From Candidatus Latescibacterota bacterium (GTDB taxonomy: Bacteria; Latescibacterota; UBA2968; UBA8231), in the NCBI GenBank assembly GCA_965217585.1, contig OZ244561.1, forward strand, positions 6,464,001 through 6,528,000: a DNA stretch of 64,000 nucleotides. Direction: 5' to 3'. Both the position numbers and the translations under genes were made by a program. Every line of letters starts with the position of its first letter. Position 1 is the first letter of the stretch. The notes beneath the pieces were generated by a model that did not search any database, was not told where the DNA came from, and worked only from the letters and a program-made list of their open reading frames with translations. This document shows, piece by piece, positions 18,374-28,518 of this stretch.

Positions 18374-19669
18374 TCATTGCCCATCGGTGAAGTAAGCTTT
18401 GGTGCCCTTGGCTTGGACGGCGTCGCCGATCCGGTTCAAGGCGTGGACATACGCCGCAGTGCGCGGCGAGATATTCTGCTCTTGGGCAATGGCCCAAATG
18501 CGCTCGGTCTCCTCGACCATCATCTCCTTGAGCCGCTGGTTGACTTCCTCTAAGGTCCAATACAGACCCTGGCGATTCTGTACCCATTCGAAATAGCTCA
18601 CGGTCACGCCGCCGGCGTTAACCAAGATGTCGGGGAATACGACCACGTCCCGCTGGCGCAGGATCTCGTCGGCACCCGGCGTGGTGGGGCCGTTGGCCAG
18701 TTCGTACACCGCCTTGGCCTTAATCTCGCCAGCATTGGCCTCCGTGATCTGATTTTCCAAGGCCGCCGGGGCTAGGATATCGACGTCGAGGGCGAGCAAT
18801 TCCTCGTTGGTGATGGTCTCGTGCTCGACGATGTTGCATACCGTATCCTCGCAGTACACCGCCTTGAGGGTGCGGGTCGAATCCTTGAATTGGCGCACGC
18901 TGGGAATGTCGAGTCCTTCACGCCGATAAATCCCTCCCTTGGAGTCGCTTACGGCCACGACCTTGTAACCAGCATTGAAGAGCAGTTCGGCGATGATGGC
19001 TCCGGCATTGCCAAAGCCTTGCACGGCCACGGTCGTGGTGGCAGGCGAGCCGCTTAAGCCGAGCTTGGGCCAAGTCGCCTCGATGGTGAAAAAGGCTCCC
19101 ATCGCGGTCGCCGTATCGCGCCCTAGACTGCCTCCCATGGTCAACGGCTTGCCGGTGATGACCGCAGGCGTGATCTGCCGCTTGATAATGCTGTACTCAT
19201 CCACCATCCAGCCCATGATCATCTGATTGGTATAGACATCCGGCGCTGGAATGTCGATGTCTGGGCCAATGAAGTCGGCCACGGCGTCGATATAGCCCCG
19301 GCTGAGTCGTTCTAGTTCAAAATAGGACAGTTCCTTGGGATTGACCGTGATGCCGCCTTTGCCGCCGCCGAAGGGCAAATTGGCCACCGCGCATTTGAAG
19401 GTCATCCAAAAGGCCAGGGATTGGACCTCGTCGCTGGACACGTCTTGGTGGTAGCGAATACCGCCTTTGGTGGGGCCTCGGGTGTCGTCGTAGCGCACCC
19501 GGTAGCCCGGAAAAATGCGCAACTCGCCATTGTCCATGCGCACTGGGATGGAAACTTTCAAACTCGACTTGGGCAACTTGAGCCGCTCGATGGCATCCTC
19601 GGAAATGGACGCGTACTCGAGGGCTTCGTCGAGCCGTTGGCTGGCGTCGCTAAACAAAGACTGAGACAT
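18374..19669 (-). CDS. gdhA: Glutamate dehydrogenase (Glu/Leu/Phe/Val dehydrogenase family)
   Basis: GPTKGGIRYH, MTFKCAV, GGGKGG, PAPDV, QGFGNAG, NAGGVTVSYFEW. Confidence 0.95.
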   Translation of the reverse strand: MSQSLFSDASQRLDEALEYASISEDAIERLKLPKSSLKVSIPVRMDNGELRIFPGYRVRYDDTRGPTKGGIRYHQDVSSDEVQSLAFWMTFKCAVANLPFGGGKGGITVNPKELSYFELERLSRGYIDAVADFIGPDIDIPAPDVYTNQMIMGWMVDEYSIIKRQITPAVITGKPLTMGGSLGRDTATAMGAFFTIEATWPKLGLSGSPATTTVAVQGFGNAGAIIAELLFNAGYKVVAVSDSKGGIYRREGLDIPSVRQFKDSTRTLKAVYCEDTVCNIVEHETITNEELLALDVDILAPAALENQITEANAGEIKAKAVYELANGPTTPGADEILRQRDVVVFPDILVNAGGVTVSYFEWVQNRQGLYWTLEEVNQRLKEMMVEETERIWAIAQEQNISPRTAAYVHALNRIGDAVQAKGTKAYFTDGQ

Positions 19670-19756
19670 GGAGTATTCTCCTTTAATTAGGTAGGATCAA
19701 CGCATTTGCAAAGTAGATAGGCTGGACGAGCCGTGCAATTGGGAATCCGTCCAAGC

Positions 19757-20983
19757 CTATCTCTTACCTAGAAACCCCCGCACCAAAACCGCCGTTCCCA
19801 CAGTCCCCAACCCCGCCAGCAGCGCCATGACGCCCACGGCTCCTTGTGCTCCCCAAGCCTCGGCCAACGCCCCGCTCTGCAGGCGGCCAAAGGGGCCGAC
19901 GCCAATGGCCACGACCAAGGTGCTCATCGCACGGCTCCGCATCTCGTCCGAGGATTCGACCAAGATGATGCTGCTCTGCATAATGCTAAAGCCCGCCTGC
20001 CCCAACCCAGAGCAAAACAGCATCAGCAAGGCTAGACCAAAGGTCCCGCTCAAGGCAAAGGCGGAGATTCCCATGCACGAAAGCAACGAGCCAGCGACAA
20101 AGAGCCATTCGTTGCTCAGCTTGCTGCGGCTCAGCTGGACCGCGGCCAAGCCCACAATCGCCCCGCTCCCACTAGCCGCGCCCAACCACCCCATGGCCTC
20201 CGGGCCGCGGCCGAATACGTCGCGCGCGAAAACCGGCAGCAAATTCATGTAGGGAAAAGCCCAGACGTTCATAAAAATCGTGATGAGAAAGACGCCGAAT
20301 ATCGGAGCAGAGGCCCGCATACTGGCCCACCCCTGTCGCCCGGCCCACCCCGCCGCCCACGCACCCGCACTAGGCGCTTTGGAGTCTGTCTTGAGGCCCG
20401 CCAACAAAAACAGCGCCAGGGTACCCAGCCCGACCAACACCAGCAGGGCACCCAAGCTGCCATAGGCCGCTGTGACATAGCCCGCCGCTAAGGGGCCAGC
20501 AATGCGCGTAAACCCCTGGATGACGTTCTCCAGCACCATGGCATCGACCGTGCGGGCCTTGCCAACTAGATCGGGCACCATGCTGCGCCGGGTCGGCCAA
20601 TCCAACGCCCAAGAGGCCCCCAATGCCAGCGACACCACCGACAAATGCCACAGCTCGAGCCGCCCCCAAAAGAGCAAGAGCGCCAAAAGCCCCGTCCCCA
20701 GCACATTGACCAACTGCAGGGTCCAAACGATGTAGCGCCGCTTAAAGCGATCGGTAATCACCGCGCCGAACAAACCCATAATCAGCAGGGGGATGGCTCG
20801 GTAGAAGCCGATGACCTGGACCCACCACGGGGAGTTAGTCAGCTCCAGGGCCAACCACCCCAGCGCCAGCATCTCCATCCACATGGCCTGCCACCAAAGG
20901 CCGTTGGCCAACCACAGGCGCACGAAATCGCCATTGGCCAAGGGTTCGAGGACGCTTCCTCTGACGGATCTCACGCTGTGCAT
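19757..20983 (-). CDS. MFS transporter (MFS_3/DUF894-like)
   Basis: FVRLWLAN, GWLALELTNSP, DRFKRR, EMRSRAMS. Confidence 0.9.
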   Translation of the reverse strand: MHSVRSVRGSVLEPLANGDFVRLWLANGLWWQAMWMEMLALGWLALELTNSPWWVQVIGFYRAIPLLIMGLFGAVITDRFKRRYIVWTLQLVNVLGTGLLALLLFWGRLELWHLSVVSLALGASWALDWPTRRSMVPDLVGKARTVDAMVLENVIQGFTRIAGPLAAGYVTAAYGSLGALLVLVGLGTLALFLLAGLKTDSKAPSAGAWAAGWAGRQGWASMRASAPIFGVFLITIFMNVWAFPYMNLLPVFARDVFGRGPEAMGWLGAASGSGAIVGLAAVQLSRSKLSNEWLFVAGSLLSCMGISAFALSGTFGLALLMLFCSGLGQAGFSIMQSSIILVESSDEMRSRAMSTLVVAIGVGPFGRLQSGALAEAWGAQGAVGVMALLAGLGTVGTAVLVRGFLGKR

Positions 20984-21056
20984 CGCTCTCTTGCTGGAGG
21001 CATTAGGTGCCCTATATTACTCGCGCCAACCAGCCCTAAGCCATGGGAGATTCAAC

Positions 21057-21512
21057 ATGTCTGTGGAGGAAAAACTAAGAGACCTAAACCTACAACTGCC
21101 CCCTCCGCCTCAACCAGCCGGCAGCTATACCCGCGCCGTGCAAAGCGGCCCTTTGATCTTCGTCTCAGGTCAGTTGCCCCTACTAGACGGTCGGATTCAA
21201 TACGCGGGAACCGTGGGCGAGGATTTGGATGTCGAAGCGGGATATGCCGCCGCCAAGTTGTGCGCCCTCAACGCCCTGAGCGTGCTCAAAGCCGAAACCG
21301 GCGACCTCGACGCGGTCTCCATTGTCCGCTTGGGAGGATATGTAGCTGCGGCACCCGGTTTTTCGGCCCACGCCAACGTGGTCAATGGCGCTTCCGATCT
21401 GCTGGCCGCAGTCCTCGGAGATAAGGGGATACACGCGCGCTTGGCCGTCGGCGTCGCCAGCTTGCCGCTGGGAGCAGCCGTCGAGTTGGAAGTCATCGCC
21501 GCCGTGGGCTAG
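21057..21512 (+). CDS. RidA/YjgF-family protein
   Basis: Start ATG 21057 after GGAG; FVSGQLP, NGASDLL, HARLAVGVASLPLGAAVELE. Confidence 0.9.
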   Translation: MSVEEKLRDLNLQLPPPPQPAGSYTRAVQSGPLIFVSGQLPLLDGRIQYAGTVGEDLDVEAGYAAAKLCALNALSVLKAETGDLDAVSIVRLGGYVAAAPGFSAHANVVNGASDLLAAVLGDKGIHARLAVGVASLPLGAAVELEVIAAVG

Positions 21513-23407
21513 GGGGTCTCGCGCTCTTCCGACCGCGGGGCATTGCCGTTGGCCTGCGGCTCGGCGGCGTGGCTGCCGGGCGACGCCTCTTGCTTGGGCC
21601 TAGGTGGAAGCTCTATCTCATGCTCTGCAAGCAAGTTGCGCAGTTGGTCGCCATCCATAACCTCGTTCTCGAAGAGTATCTCGACGACATCTTCCAGCGC
21701 TTGCCGATGCTGGGTGAGCAGGGCCTTGGCTCGCACGTACCCCGCGCCGATGATGGCCTTGATTTCTTCGTCGATGAGCTTGGCTGTTTCATCGCTGTAC
21801 GCGCGGTCGGCCGGGGGCATACCCAGCAATTGTTGCGAGCGGTCCGTTCGGTGGGCCACCAAGCCAATCCGCTGGCTCATGCCGAACTCTTTGACCATCC
21901 GCTCGGCCATTTGCGTGGCCTGCTGCAAGTCGTTGGCCGCGCCGGTGGATATTTCGCTAAAGACGATCTCCTCGGCCGCTCGGCCGCCCAAAATCGCGGC
22001 CAAGGAATCCTGCAGCTCCTCCTTGGTCATTAGATAGCGGTCCTCCAGCGGCATATTCAGCGTGTAGCCCAAGGCGGCGATGCCCCGCGATACGATGGAG
22101 ATCTTCTGCACCGGATTGGCCTCGGGCAAAACCTCGCCGACTATGGCGTGACCAGCCTCGTGGTACGCGACGATCCGGCGCTCCTTCTCGTTGAGCACGC
22201 GGCTTTTGCGCTCTAGCCCGGCCACCGAGCGCTCGATCGCCTCTTCCAGCTCGGACATGGTGATGGAATTTTTATCTCTCCGCGCCGCCAAGAGGGCCGC
22301 TTCATTGACGATATTGGCCAAGTCCGCGCCGGCAAAACCCGGAGTGCGCACGGCCAGTTTGTGCAGATCTACGTCCGGGGCCAGCTTGACTTCCTTGGCG
22401 TGGATCTGGAGGATGGCGGTGCGCCCCTTGACATCGGGCCGATCCACGGCCACAGTGCGGTCGAAACGGCCGGGGCGCAGCAAGGCTGGGTCGAGAATTT
22501 CCGGCCGGTTGGTCGCCCCCATGAGGATCACGCCGGCGTTGGTGTCGAAGCCATCGAGCTCAGCGAGGAGCTGGTTGAGCGTCTGCTCGCGCTCGTCGTG
22601 CCCGCCAAAAGAGCCGGCCCCCCGGGCCTTGCCCAAGGCGTCGAGCTCGTCGATGAAGATAATGGCCGGAGCGTGTTTTTTGGCCTGATCAAAAAGGTCG
22701 CGCACGCGCGCGGCCCCTACCCCGACGAACATCTCGACAAAATCGGAGCCGCTGAGAGAGAAAAAGGGCACGCTCGCTTCGCCGGCGACGGCCTTGGCCA
22801 ACAGCGTCTTACCTGTGCCCGGAGAACCCACAAGTAAGACCCCGCGCGGAATTCGGCCGCCGAGGGCCTGAAATCGCTCGGGGGTGCGCAAAAACTCGAC
22901 GATCTCCAGCAGCTCTTCTTTGGCTTCGTCAATGCCCGCCACGTCGTCGAAGGTAATGCCCGTCCCTTTCTCCATGTACACCTTGGCCTTGCTCTTGCCG
23001 ATCGACATCAAACCACCGGCCCCTCCGCTCATGCGACGGACGATAAACAGCCAGATCCCCACGAAGATCAGCGCCGGCAGAATCCACGACAAAAGCTGCG
23101 TGAACCAATTGTTGCTGGGCTGGCGGGTAAACTCGACTTGGTGTTCTTCGAGCAGGCCGATGAGTTCGGGATCGTCTATGGTAGCGGTGCGGAAGCTAAT
23201 CTCTTGGCCATCGACATTGGCGCGGCCGTGGATGAATTCGCCGCTAAAGGTACACTCAGTGACCTGTCCGCTTTTGATCCACTCCCGGAACTGGCTGTAC
23301 GGGAGGGTTTCAACTTGGTTGGCGAAATAGTTTTGCAGGCTCAGGAGCAGGAGCAGCGTAAGGACGGCGTACGCAATGGAAAGCTGGGTCTTTTTCTCGA
23401 ATTTCAT
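21509..23407 (-). CDS. ftsH: ATP-dependent zinc metalloprotease FtsH
   Basis: 2 TM, Walker [28 protein letters not shown]. Confidence 0.97.
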   Translation of the reverse strand: MKFEKKTQLSIAYAVLTLLLLLSLQNYFANQVETLPYSQFREWIKSGQVTECTFSGEFIHGRANVDGQEISFRTATIDDPELIGLLEEHQVEFTRQPSNNWFTQLLSWILPALIFVGIWLFIVRRMSGGAGGLMSIGKSKAKVYMEKGTGITFDDVAGIDEAKEELLEIVEFLRTPERFQALGGRIPRGVLLVGSPGTGKTLLAKAVAGEASVPFFSLSGSDFVEMFVGVGAARVRDLFDQAKKHAPAIIFIDELDALGKARGAGSFGGHDEREQTLNQLLAELDGFDTNAGVILMGATNRPEILDPALLRPGRFDRTVAVDRPDVKGRTAILQIHAKEVKLAPDVDLHKLAVRTPGFAGADLANIVNEAALLAARRDKNSITMSELEEAIERSVAGLERKSRVLNEKERRIVAYHEAGHAIVGEVLPEANPVQKISIVSRGIAALGYTLNMPLEDRYLMTKEELQDSLAAILGGRAAEEIVFSEISTGAANDLQQATQMAERMVKEFGMSQRIGLVAHRTDRSQQLLGMPPADRAYSDETAKLIDEEIKAIIGAGYVRAKALLTQHRQALEDVVEILFENEVMDGDQLRNLLAEHEIELPPRPKQEASPGSHAAEPQANGNAPRSEERETP

Positions 23408-23526
23408 GCGTTATTTTCCGATGCTAGGACGCGCTCTTCCACCCCTAATGAATAAGGGTAAAAGGGGCACATTTTTGCGGTTTTGAAGATAACCGGCGGC
23501 CTAGATGCGGTCAAGGTGAGGGGCTG

Positions 23527-24783
23527 CTAGCCGAGCAAGCCGGGCGTTTCCAGGACCTCCTTGAGCCGCGCGAGGAATCGGGCACCCAGGGCGCCATCGA
23601 CGACGCGGTGATCAGCGGCCAGCGTCAAGGTTAGCTGCGGGCGCACGGCAAATGCGTCTGCCCCCGAAGCTACCACCCGGTTTTCTATGGCCCCAACGGC
23701 CAAGATCGCCACTTGAGGAGGATTGATGATCGCGGTAAATCGGGAGATGCCGAACATCCCCAAATTCGAGATGGTAAAGGTGCCGCCCATCATGTCGTCG
23801 GGGCGCAACTGGCCGTGGCGCGCCGCGTCAATCAGCCGCGTCCCTTCTAAGGCGATTTCCTCGACTGTCTTTTCGGCCGCGTCGCGAATGACCGGAACCA
23901 CCAAACCCTGCTCAGCCGCTACGGCAACGCCGACGTTGACTTGGGAGGCATAGCGGAAATGACCATCCTCTTCCAAGCTGTTGACGCGAGGGAATTCGCT
24001 TAAGGTGCGAGCCGTGGCTTTGACGATCAGATCGTTGAAGGAGATTTTTTTGCCCTCTAGCTGGTAGCCGGTGCGGAATTGCTGCAACCACACGGCCGAT
24101 ACGTCCATACTAAGGTGGATGTGGGGGATCTGTTGGTAGCTGGCCGTCAGCCGCTCGGCGGCCACTTGCTCGGCCCGGCTCAGCTCAATCAACCCTTCGG
24201 CGACCGGGGCTGGAGCCGGAGCCGGGGCGAGGCGAGCTTGCTCGACCAAGGCCAGCACGTCAGCGCTGACGATCCGGCCACCGGGGCCACTGCCGTTGAT
24301 GCCGACCAGATCAAGGCCGTGCTCGGCAGCTATCTTGCGCGCTTTGGGCGAAGTCTTATGCGGCCGACGCCCATCGGAATCAGCGGAGGGAGCTGGAGCC
24401 TGTGGGGCCGGGGTTGGTGGCGGAGCAGTAACAGGAGTTGGAGTTTGCGAAGCCGGGGCGCTCGGAGGAGCGGCAGGAGCAGAAGCTGGAGGCGATGGAG
24501 CCGGGTCGCTCGGAGCGGCGGCGACGTACGAGCCGATGTCTTCGTCCTCGGCGGCGATGACGCCGATCGTCGTCGATACCGGTACTTCCTGTCCGACCGG
24601 CACCAAGATTTTGCGCAGGATTCCATCGGCCTGTGCCTCGACTTCCATCGTCACCTTGTCAGTGGCGATTTCCAACAAGGCTTGGCCCTTTTGCACTTCC
24701 TGGCCCTCTGCTACCAACCAAGCGCTTATTGCGCCGCTTTCCATGGTCAACCCCAACTTGGGCATGACGATCTCAGTAGCCAT
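23527..24783 (-). CDS. Dihydrolipoamide acyltransferase (E2) of a 2-oxoacid/acetoin dehydrogenase complex
   Basis: Lipoyl domain TDKVTMEV, Pro/Ala linker, E3-binding SPKARK..GSGPGGRI, catalytic DHRVVDGA. Confidence 0.95.
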   Translation of the reverse strand: MATEIVMPKLGLTMESGAISAWLVAEGQEVQKGQALLEIATDKVTMEVEAQADGILRKILVPVGQEVPVSTTIGVIAAEDEDIGSYVAAAPSDPAPSPPASAPAAPPSAPASQTPTPVTAPPPTPAPQAPAPSADSDGRRPHKTSPKARKIAAEHGLDLVGINGSGPGGRIVSADVLALVEQARLAPAPAPAPVAEGLIELSRAEQVAAERLTASYQQIPHIHLSMDVSAVWLQQFRTGYQLEGKKISFNDLIVKATARTLSEFPRVNSLEEDGHFRYASQVNVGVAVAAEQGLVVPVIRDAAEKTVEEIALEGTRLIDAARHGQLRPDDMMGGTFTISNLGMFGISRFTAIINPPQVAILAVGAIENRVVASGADAFAVRPQLTLTLAADHRVVDGALGARFLARLKEVLETPGLLG

Positions 24784-24946
24784 ATCACTCTCAGTCTAAA
24801 AAGAATGCAAAGTAAGTCTTGTAAAATAATTGGCGAGCAGAGTTGGTCAATGCAGCGCGCGTCTGTCGCGGGCTTTCGTTCCACCAAGCGACCGGCTATA
24901 TTGACTCTCCGACGCGCTAGGAACTCCGTTGCTTTCTCCTCATCAC

Positions 24947-25426
24947 ATGTACAACGAGCGGATCTTGGCAGCAATTACCCGCGACTTTACGGCGACGACC
25001 TTTGTCGTCCACGAGGGAGCCACCCTCTTGCTGTGGCACAAGAAAATGCAGGCTTGGCTGCCCCCGGGCGGCCACATCGACCCGGGCGAACTGCCCGAAG
25101 AAGCCGCCCTCCGCGAAGTGCGCGAAGAAACCGGACTGACCGTCGAGTTATTGGGCCGCCAAGAGCAGTGGGGGCGGGTCGCCGTCCTGCACCGTCCCGC
25201 GTGTATCCTCCTAGAGGATATCGAACCAGGCCATCAGCACATAGACCTGATTTACTTCAGCCGCGTAGTAAGCGGGCAGGCCCGCATCAATCCCCGCGAG
25301 GCCACGCAATTGCGCTGGTGCGACCACGCGGCCTTGGGCGATGCGGCAATCGCCGAGGACATCCGCATCCTCGGACGCCGCGCCATTGCATCCATAAGCG
25401 CAGGAGAAGTGGTAAGCTGTGGCTAG
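24947..25426 (+). CDS. NUDIX hydrolase
   Basis: GGHIDPGELPEEAALREVREETG Nudix box. Confidence 0.9.
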   Translation: MYNERILAAITRDFTATTFVVHEGATLLLWHKKMQAWLPPGGHIDPGELPEEAALREVREETGLTVELLGRQEQWGRVAVLHRPACILLEDIEPGHQHIDLIYFSRVVSGQARINPREATQLRWCDHAALGDAAIAEDIRILGRRAIASISAGEVVSCG

Positions 25427-26363
25427 AACAGCCTTGATCTACCACCCAGACGCCTTGTTGCACGACACAGGCGAGGGACATCCAGAGCGCCGCGCGCGGT
25501 TGGAGTTCATCGTCCAACACCTAAAAGATCGCTCGCTTTGGGACGAGGTTTTGCACTTGCAGCCGCAGTTAGCACCGCGTCGCGCCCTGCTCAGAGCACA
25601 CTCGCCGGCCCACTTGGACCAAGTAGCGGCCCTCGCACAAGTCGAGCGACCCATCTATGTATGCCAAGACACCGCAGCCTCTTCAAGCACGCACCGCGTC
25701 GCCCTGCTAGCGGCCGGAGCCCCTTTAACCGCCATCGACGCCCTACTCGCCGGCCGCGCCGACCATGCCTTCTGCTGCATGCGACCCCCGGGCCATCACG
25801 CCGAAGTCGAGGAAATCATGGGCTTTTGCTTCTTCAACAACGCGGCGGTGGCCGCTCACTACTTGCGGGCCGAATGTGACTGCGACAAAGTGGCGATCAT
25901 CGACTGGGACGTCCATCACGGCAATGGCACGCAGCACATCTTTGAGGAAGACGGCTCGGTTTTTTTTTGCAGCATCCACCAATCTCCCCTCTATCCAGGC
26001 ACCGGTGCGGCCGACGAGCGCGGGCTGGGAGCGGGCCGTGGCCAAACCTTGAATATCCCGGTCCCGGCCGGCAGCACCGATGCCGATTACCTCCGCCATT
26101 TCACAGACACCATCGTCCCTGCCATAGACCGGTTCCAACCCGACTTCATCCTCCTGTCGGCTGGTTTTGACGCCCATCGCAGCGATCCCCTAGGGCAGAT
26201 CCTGCTCAGCGCAGAGTGCTATGGCAAGCTAACCGAGTTGGTGCTCCAATTAGCCACCCGCCACTGCGAGGGCCACCTCGTCTCCCTGCTAGAGGGCGGA
26301 TACGACTTAGAGGCGACTGCGGCTTCCGTGGCCGCTCACCTAAGCGCGCTGCTGGCGGCTTGA
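25419..26363 (+). CDS. Histone deacetylase / acetylpolyamine amidohydrolase family
   Basis: HPE, RPPGHHA, GFCFFNN, DWDVHHGNGTQ, SAGFDAH, LEGGY. Confidence 0.95.
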   Translation: MARTALIYHPDALLHDTGEGHPERRARLEFIVQHLKDRSLWDEVLHLQPQLAPRRALLRAHSPAHLDQVAALAQVERPIYVCQDTAASSSTHRVALLAAGAPLTAIDALLAGRADHAFCCMRPPGHHAEVEEIMGFCFFNNAAVAAHYLRAECDCDKVAIIDWDVHHGNGTQHIFEEDGSVFFCSIHQSPLYPGTGAADERGLGAGRGQTLNIPVPAGSTDADYLRHFTDTIVPAIDRFQPDFILLSAGFDAHRSDPLGQILLSAECYGKLTELVLQLATRHCEGHLVSLLEGGYDLEATAASVAAHLSALLAA

Positions 26364-26396
26364 GGTCCGACGGGAAGTTACAACCAGAGATGCGTC

Positions 26397-27782
26397 ATGG
26401 CCTGTCTCGTCTCCTGTTTCGTCTTCATCGCTCTTTTCGTCCTCTCCTGCTCGAAAGAGCCACTCCTTGCACCTCCTGAAGGCAGCGTAGCAGACGTTTC
26501 CTCGCACCAGCCTAGCCCCGCTGCGCCTGCGCCCAAAGCCGCGACCGCTGCTGAAGACCGCGCTACGCTGGTCGCGTTCTACCATGAGACGGGCGGAGAC
26601 AACTGGCGTAGAAAGGACAATTGGCTTTCCGATGAACCCCTTGGCAAATGGTATGGTGTCCAGACGAATGATCAAGGACACGTCGTTACTCTGCGCCTAT
26701 CGTACAATCAGTTGAGTGGATCAATACCTCCTCAGTTAGCCAACCTTTCTAACCTTGAACACCTGTCCTTATCGTACAATCAGTTGAGTGGATCAATACC
26801 TCCTCAGTTGGCCAACCTCAAATATCTAGAGGCTCTGTCGCTCTGGAGGAATCGGTTGAGCGGCTGCATACCCGATAGCCTGCGGGAGATATGGTTCAAT
26901 GACCTAGGCCTACTGGGCCTATCCTTCTGCCAAGAAGACGACTCGTTCAACATTGAACTCGTCTTCTTGGACGAGCAAGACTTCACAGCCTCTCAAAAAG
27001 CACTGTTCCAGCAGGCGGCCCGGCGCTGGGAGTCGATTATTACAGCCGGCCTCAAAGATATAAACTATAGCGACAACCCGCATAACCACTGGAATACGGA
27101 GTTAGGGGCTTGGATCCGCGTCAACGACACCGTGGACGACCTACGGGTCTTCGTGAAGGCTCAAGAGCTCGATGACAACTACCTTGCGGCGGGTGGGCCA
27201 CTTTTGGTACGGTGGGAAAACGGCCTGCCGATCGCAGGAGGGATAGTGATTGATAGGAATAGCCTTCAGCTTCTGGAAGATGAAGGCTTTCAGCTGAAGG
27301 TCTTTCTCCACGAGTTAGGACACGCCCTAGGGTTCTCACCGTGGTTTTGGGACGCATTCGACTTCGACGTATTCCAAAATCCGTCCCACGCCAACCCTTC
27401 TGCCGACACGCACTTTTCCGGTTGGCAGGCGATTCAGGCATTCAATAACGCGGGCGGTGGACCATACCAAGGAGCGAAGGTCCCCTTAGAAAATGGCGGC
27501 GACGATTCACACTGGAGACAGTCGGTGTTCGGCCACGAACTGATGACTCCCACTTGGGTATGGCCCTATGCGAAATCACTCAGTGCGATCACGATCCAAG
27601 CCCTCGCCGATATAGGCTACCAAGTCGATGTAAGCCAAGCAGATGCGTATCAATTACCCCCTCTAGGCAGCGCAAAGCTCGCGGCCGACCCAAGCCGCCC
27701 AAGAGGGAACTGCCAAATACACAATGGGCCGATCTATGTCACCGATGAGCAAGGCCGATTGGTCCAACCCATCCAGCCGTGA
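26397..27782 (+). CDS. Lipoprotein with LRR domain and leishmanolysin (M8)-like zinc metalloprotease domain
   Basis: Lipobox LSC; DRATLVAFY..GGDNW cap; LSYNQLSGSIPPQLANL repeats; HELGHALG, SHWRQSVFGHELMTP. Confidence 0.85.
   Translation: MACLVSCFVFIALFVLSCSKEPLLAPPEGSVADVSSHQPSPAAPAPKAATAAEDRATLVAFYHETGGDNWRRKDNWLSDEPLGKWYGVQTNDQGHVVTLRLSYNQLSGSIPPQLANLSNLEHLSLSYNQLSGSIPPQLANLKYLEALSLWRNRLSGCIPDSLREIWFNDLGLLGLSFCQEDDSFNIELVFLDEQDFTASQKALFQQAARRWESIITAGLKDINYSDNPHNHWNTELGAWIRVNDTVDDLRVFVKAQELDDNYLAAGGPLLVRWENGLPIAGGIVIDRNSLQLLEDEGFQLKVFLHELGHALGFSPWFWDAFDFDVFQNPSHANPSADTHFSGWQAIQAFNNAGGGPYQGAKVPLENGGDDSHWRQSVFGHELMTPTWVWPYAKSLSAITIQALADIGYQVDVSQADAYQLPPLGSAKLAADPSRPRGNCQIHNGPIYVTDEQGRLVQPIQP
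26698..26818 (+). repeat. Two LRR units, 49-bp near-perfect direct repeat at 72-bp spacing
   Basis: tatcgtacaatcagttgagtggatcaatacctcctcagtt(a/g)gccaacct at 26698 and 26770. Confidence 0.9.
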
Positions 27783-27798
27783 GCGTGCAGTTGACGGC

Positions 27799-28518
27799 CT
27801 ACTTCCGAAGCGCCCTGCTCGCGGCTTGAGGCTTGGTGAAGACGTAGATGGCGACTTGGTACTCGACTGAATTCCACGTCTCGACTCGCGTTTCCCGCCG
27901 CTGACTATAGCCTTGGGCGACGAGCCGGGAGACGAAGTCGCCGGCATCCTTGCGCTGCGGATCTCCGAGGTAAAATCGACCGCCGGGCAGCAGCAGCTTG
28001 CGCAGGATGCGCTCGAGATAGCGGTGGTTCTTCTTTTCGTAGATGATGTCCGACCCCACCAAGCACTCGTACGGCCCCCCCACGGGATTTCGCCAGTCCA
28101 AATAGGCGACCCGGTGGTTGTGCTGGACCCGGTTGAGCCGGGCATTGTGGGCGGCGAAAATCAGCGCATCCTCGACGAAATCGGTCGCTTCGACGCGCCA
28201 ACCGAGCCTGGCTAAGGCAATGCCTACCAGCCCCAAACCGCAGCCGAGTTCGCAGGTCCAACCTTTGGGAATCGGCTCCTCGGCGCGGCAAAACCACTGG
28301 GCCATGGCCAACGCAGTCGGCCACAGCTCAGCCCAATAGGGAAAGCGGTCCACCCCCTGGAACCGCCCTTCGCGCTCGATCATGCTGTCCAACAGGACAT
28401 TTACATCGCCGACTTCTGTCATCTGCAGATCGTAGCCCGCTGCTAAGGAGCGACGCACCTGCAGAGTGTCGTACTTGCTCAGGGTGCGGCGAATCTGCCG
28501 CTCGCCGTAGCGCTTCAC
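27799..28518 (-). CDS. Class I SAM-dependent methyltransferase (Methyltransf_16/METTL21-like)
   Basis: FPYWAELWP, ELGCGLGL, TDF, GSDIIYE. Confidence 0.85.
   Translation of the reverse strand: MKRYGERQIRRTLSKYDTLQVRRSLAAGYDLQMTEVGDVNVLLDSMIEREGRFQGVDRFPYWAELWPTALAMAQWFCRAEEPIPKGWTCELGCGLGLVGIALARLGWRVEATDFVEDALIFAAHNARLNRVQHNHRVAYLDWRNPVGGPYECLVGSDIIYEKKNHRYLERILRKLLLPGGRFYLGDPQRKDAGDFVSRLVAQGYSQRRETRVETWNSVEYQVAIYVFTKPQAASRALRK

Noticed and set aside
17973-18587. 204-aa ORF as an intact gene
   Set aside because: Its N-terminal part overlaps gdhA out of frame; only the last ~70 aa look genuine
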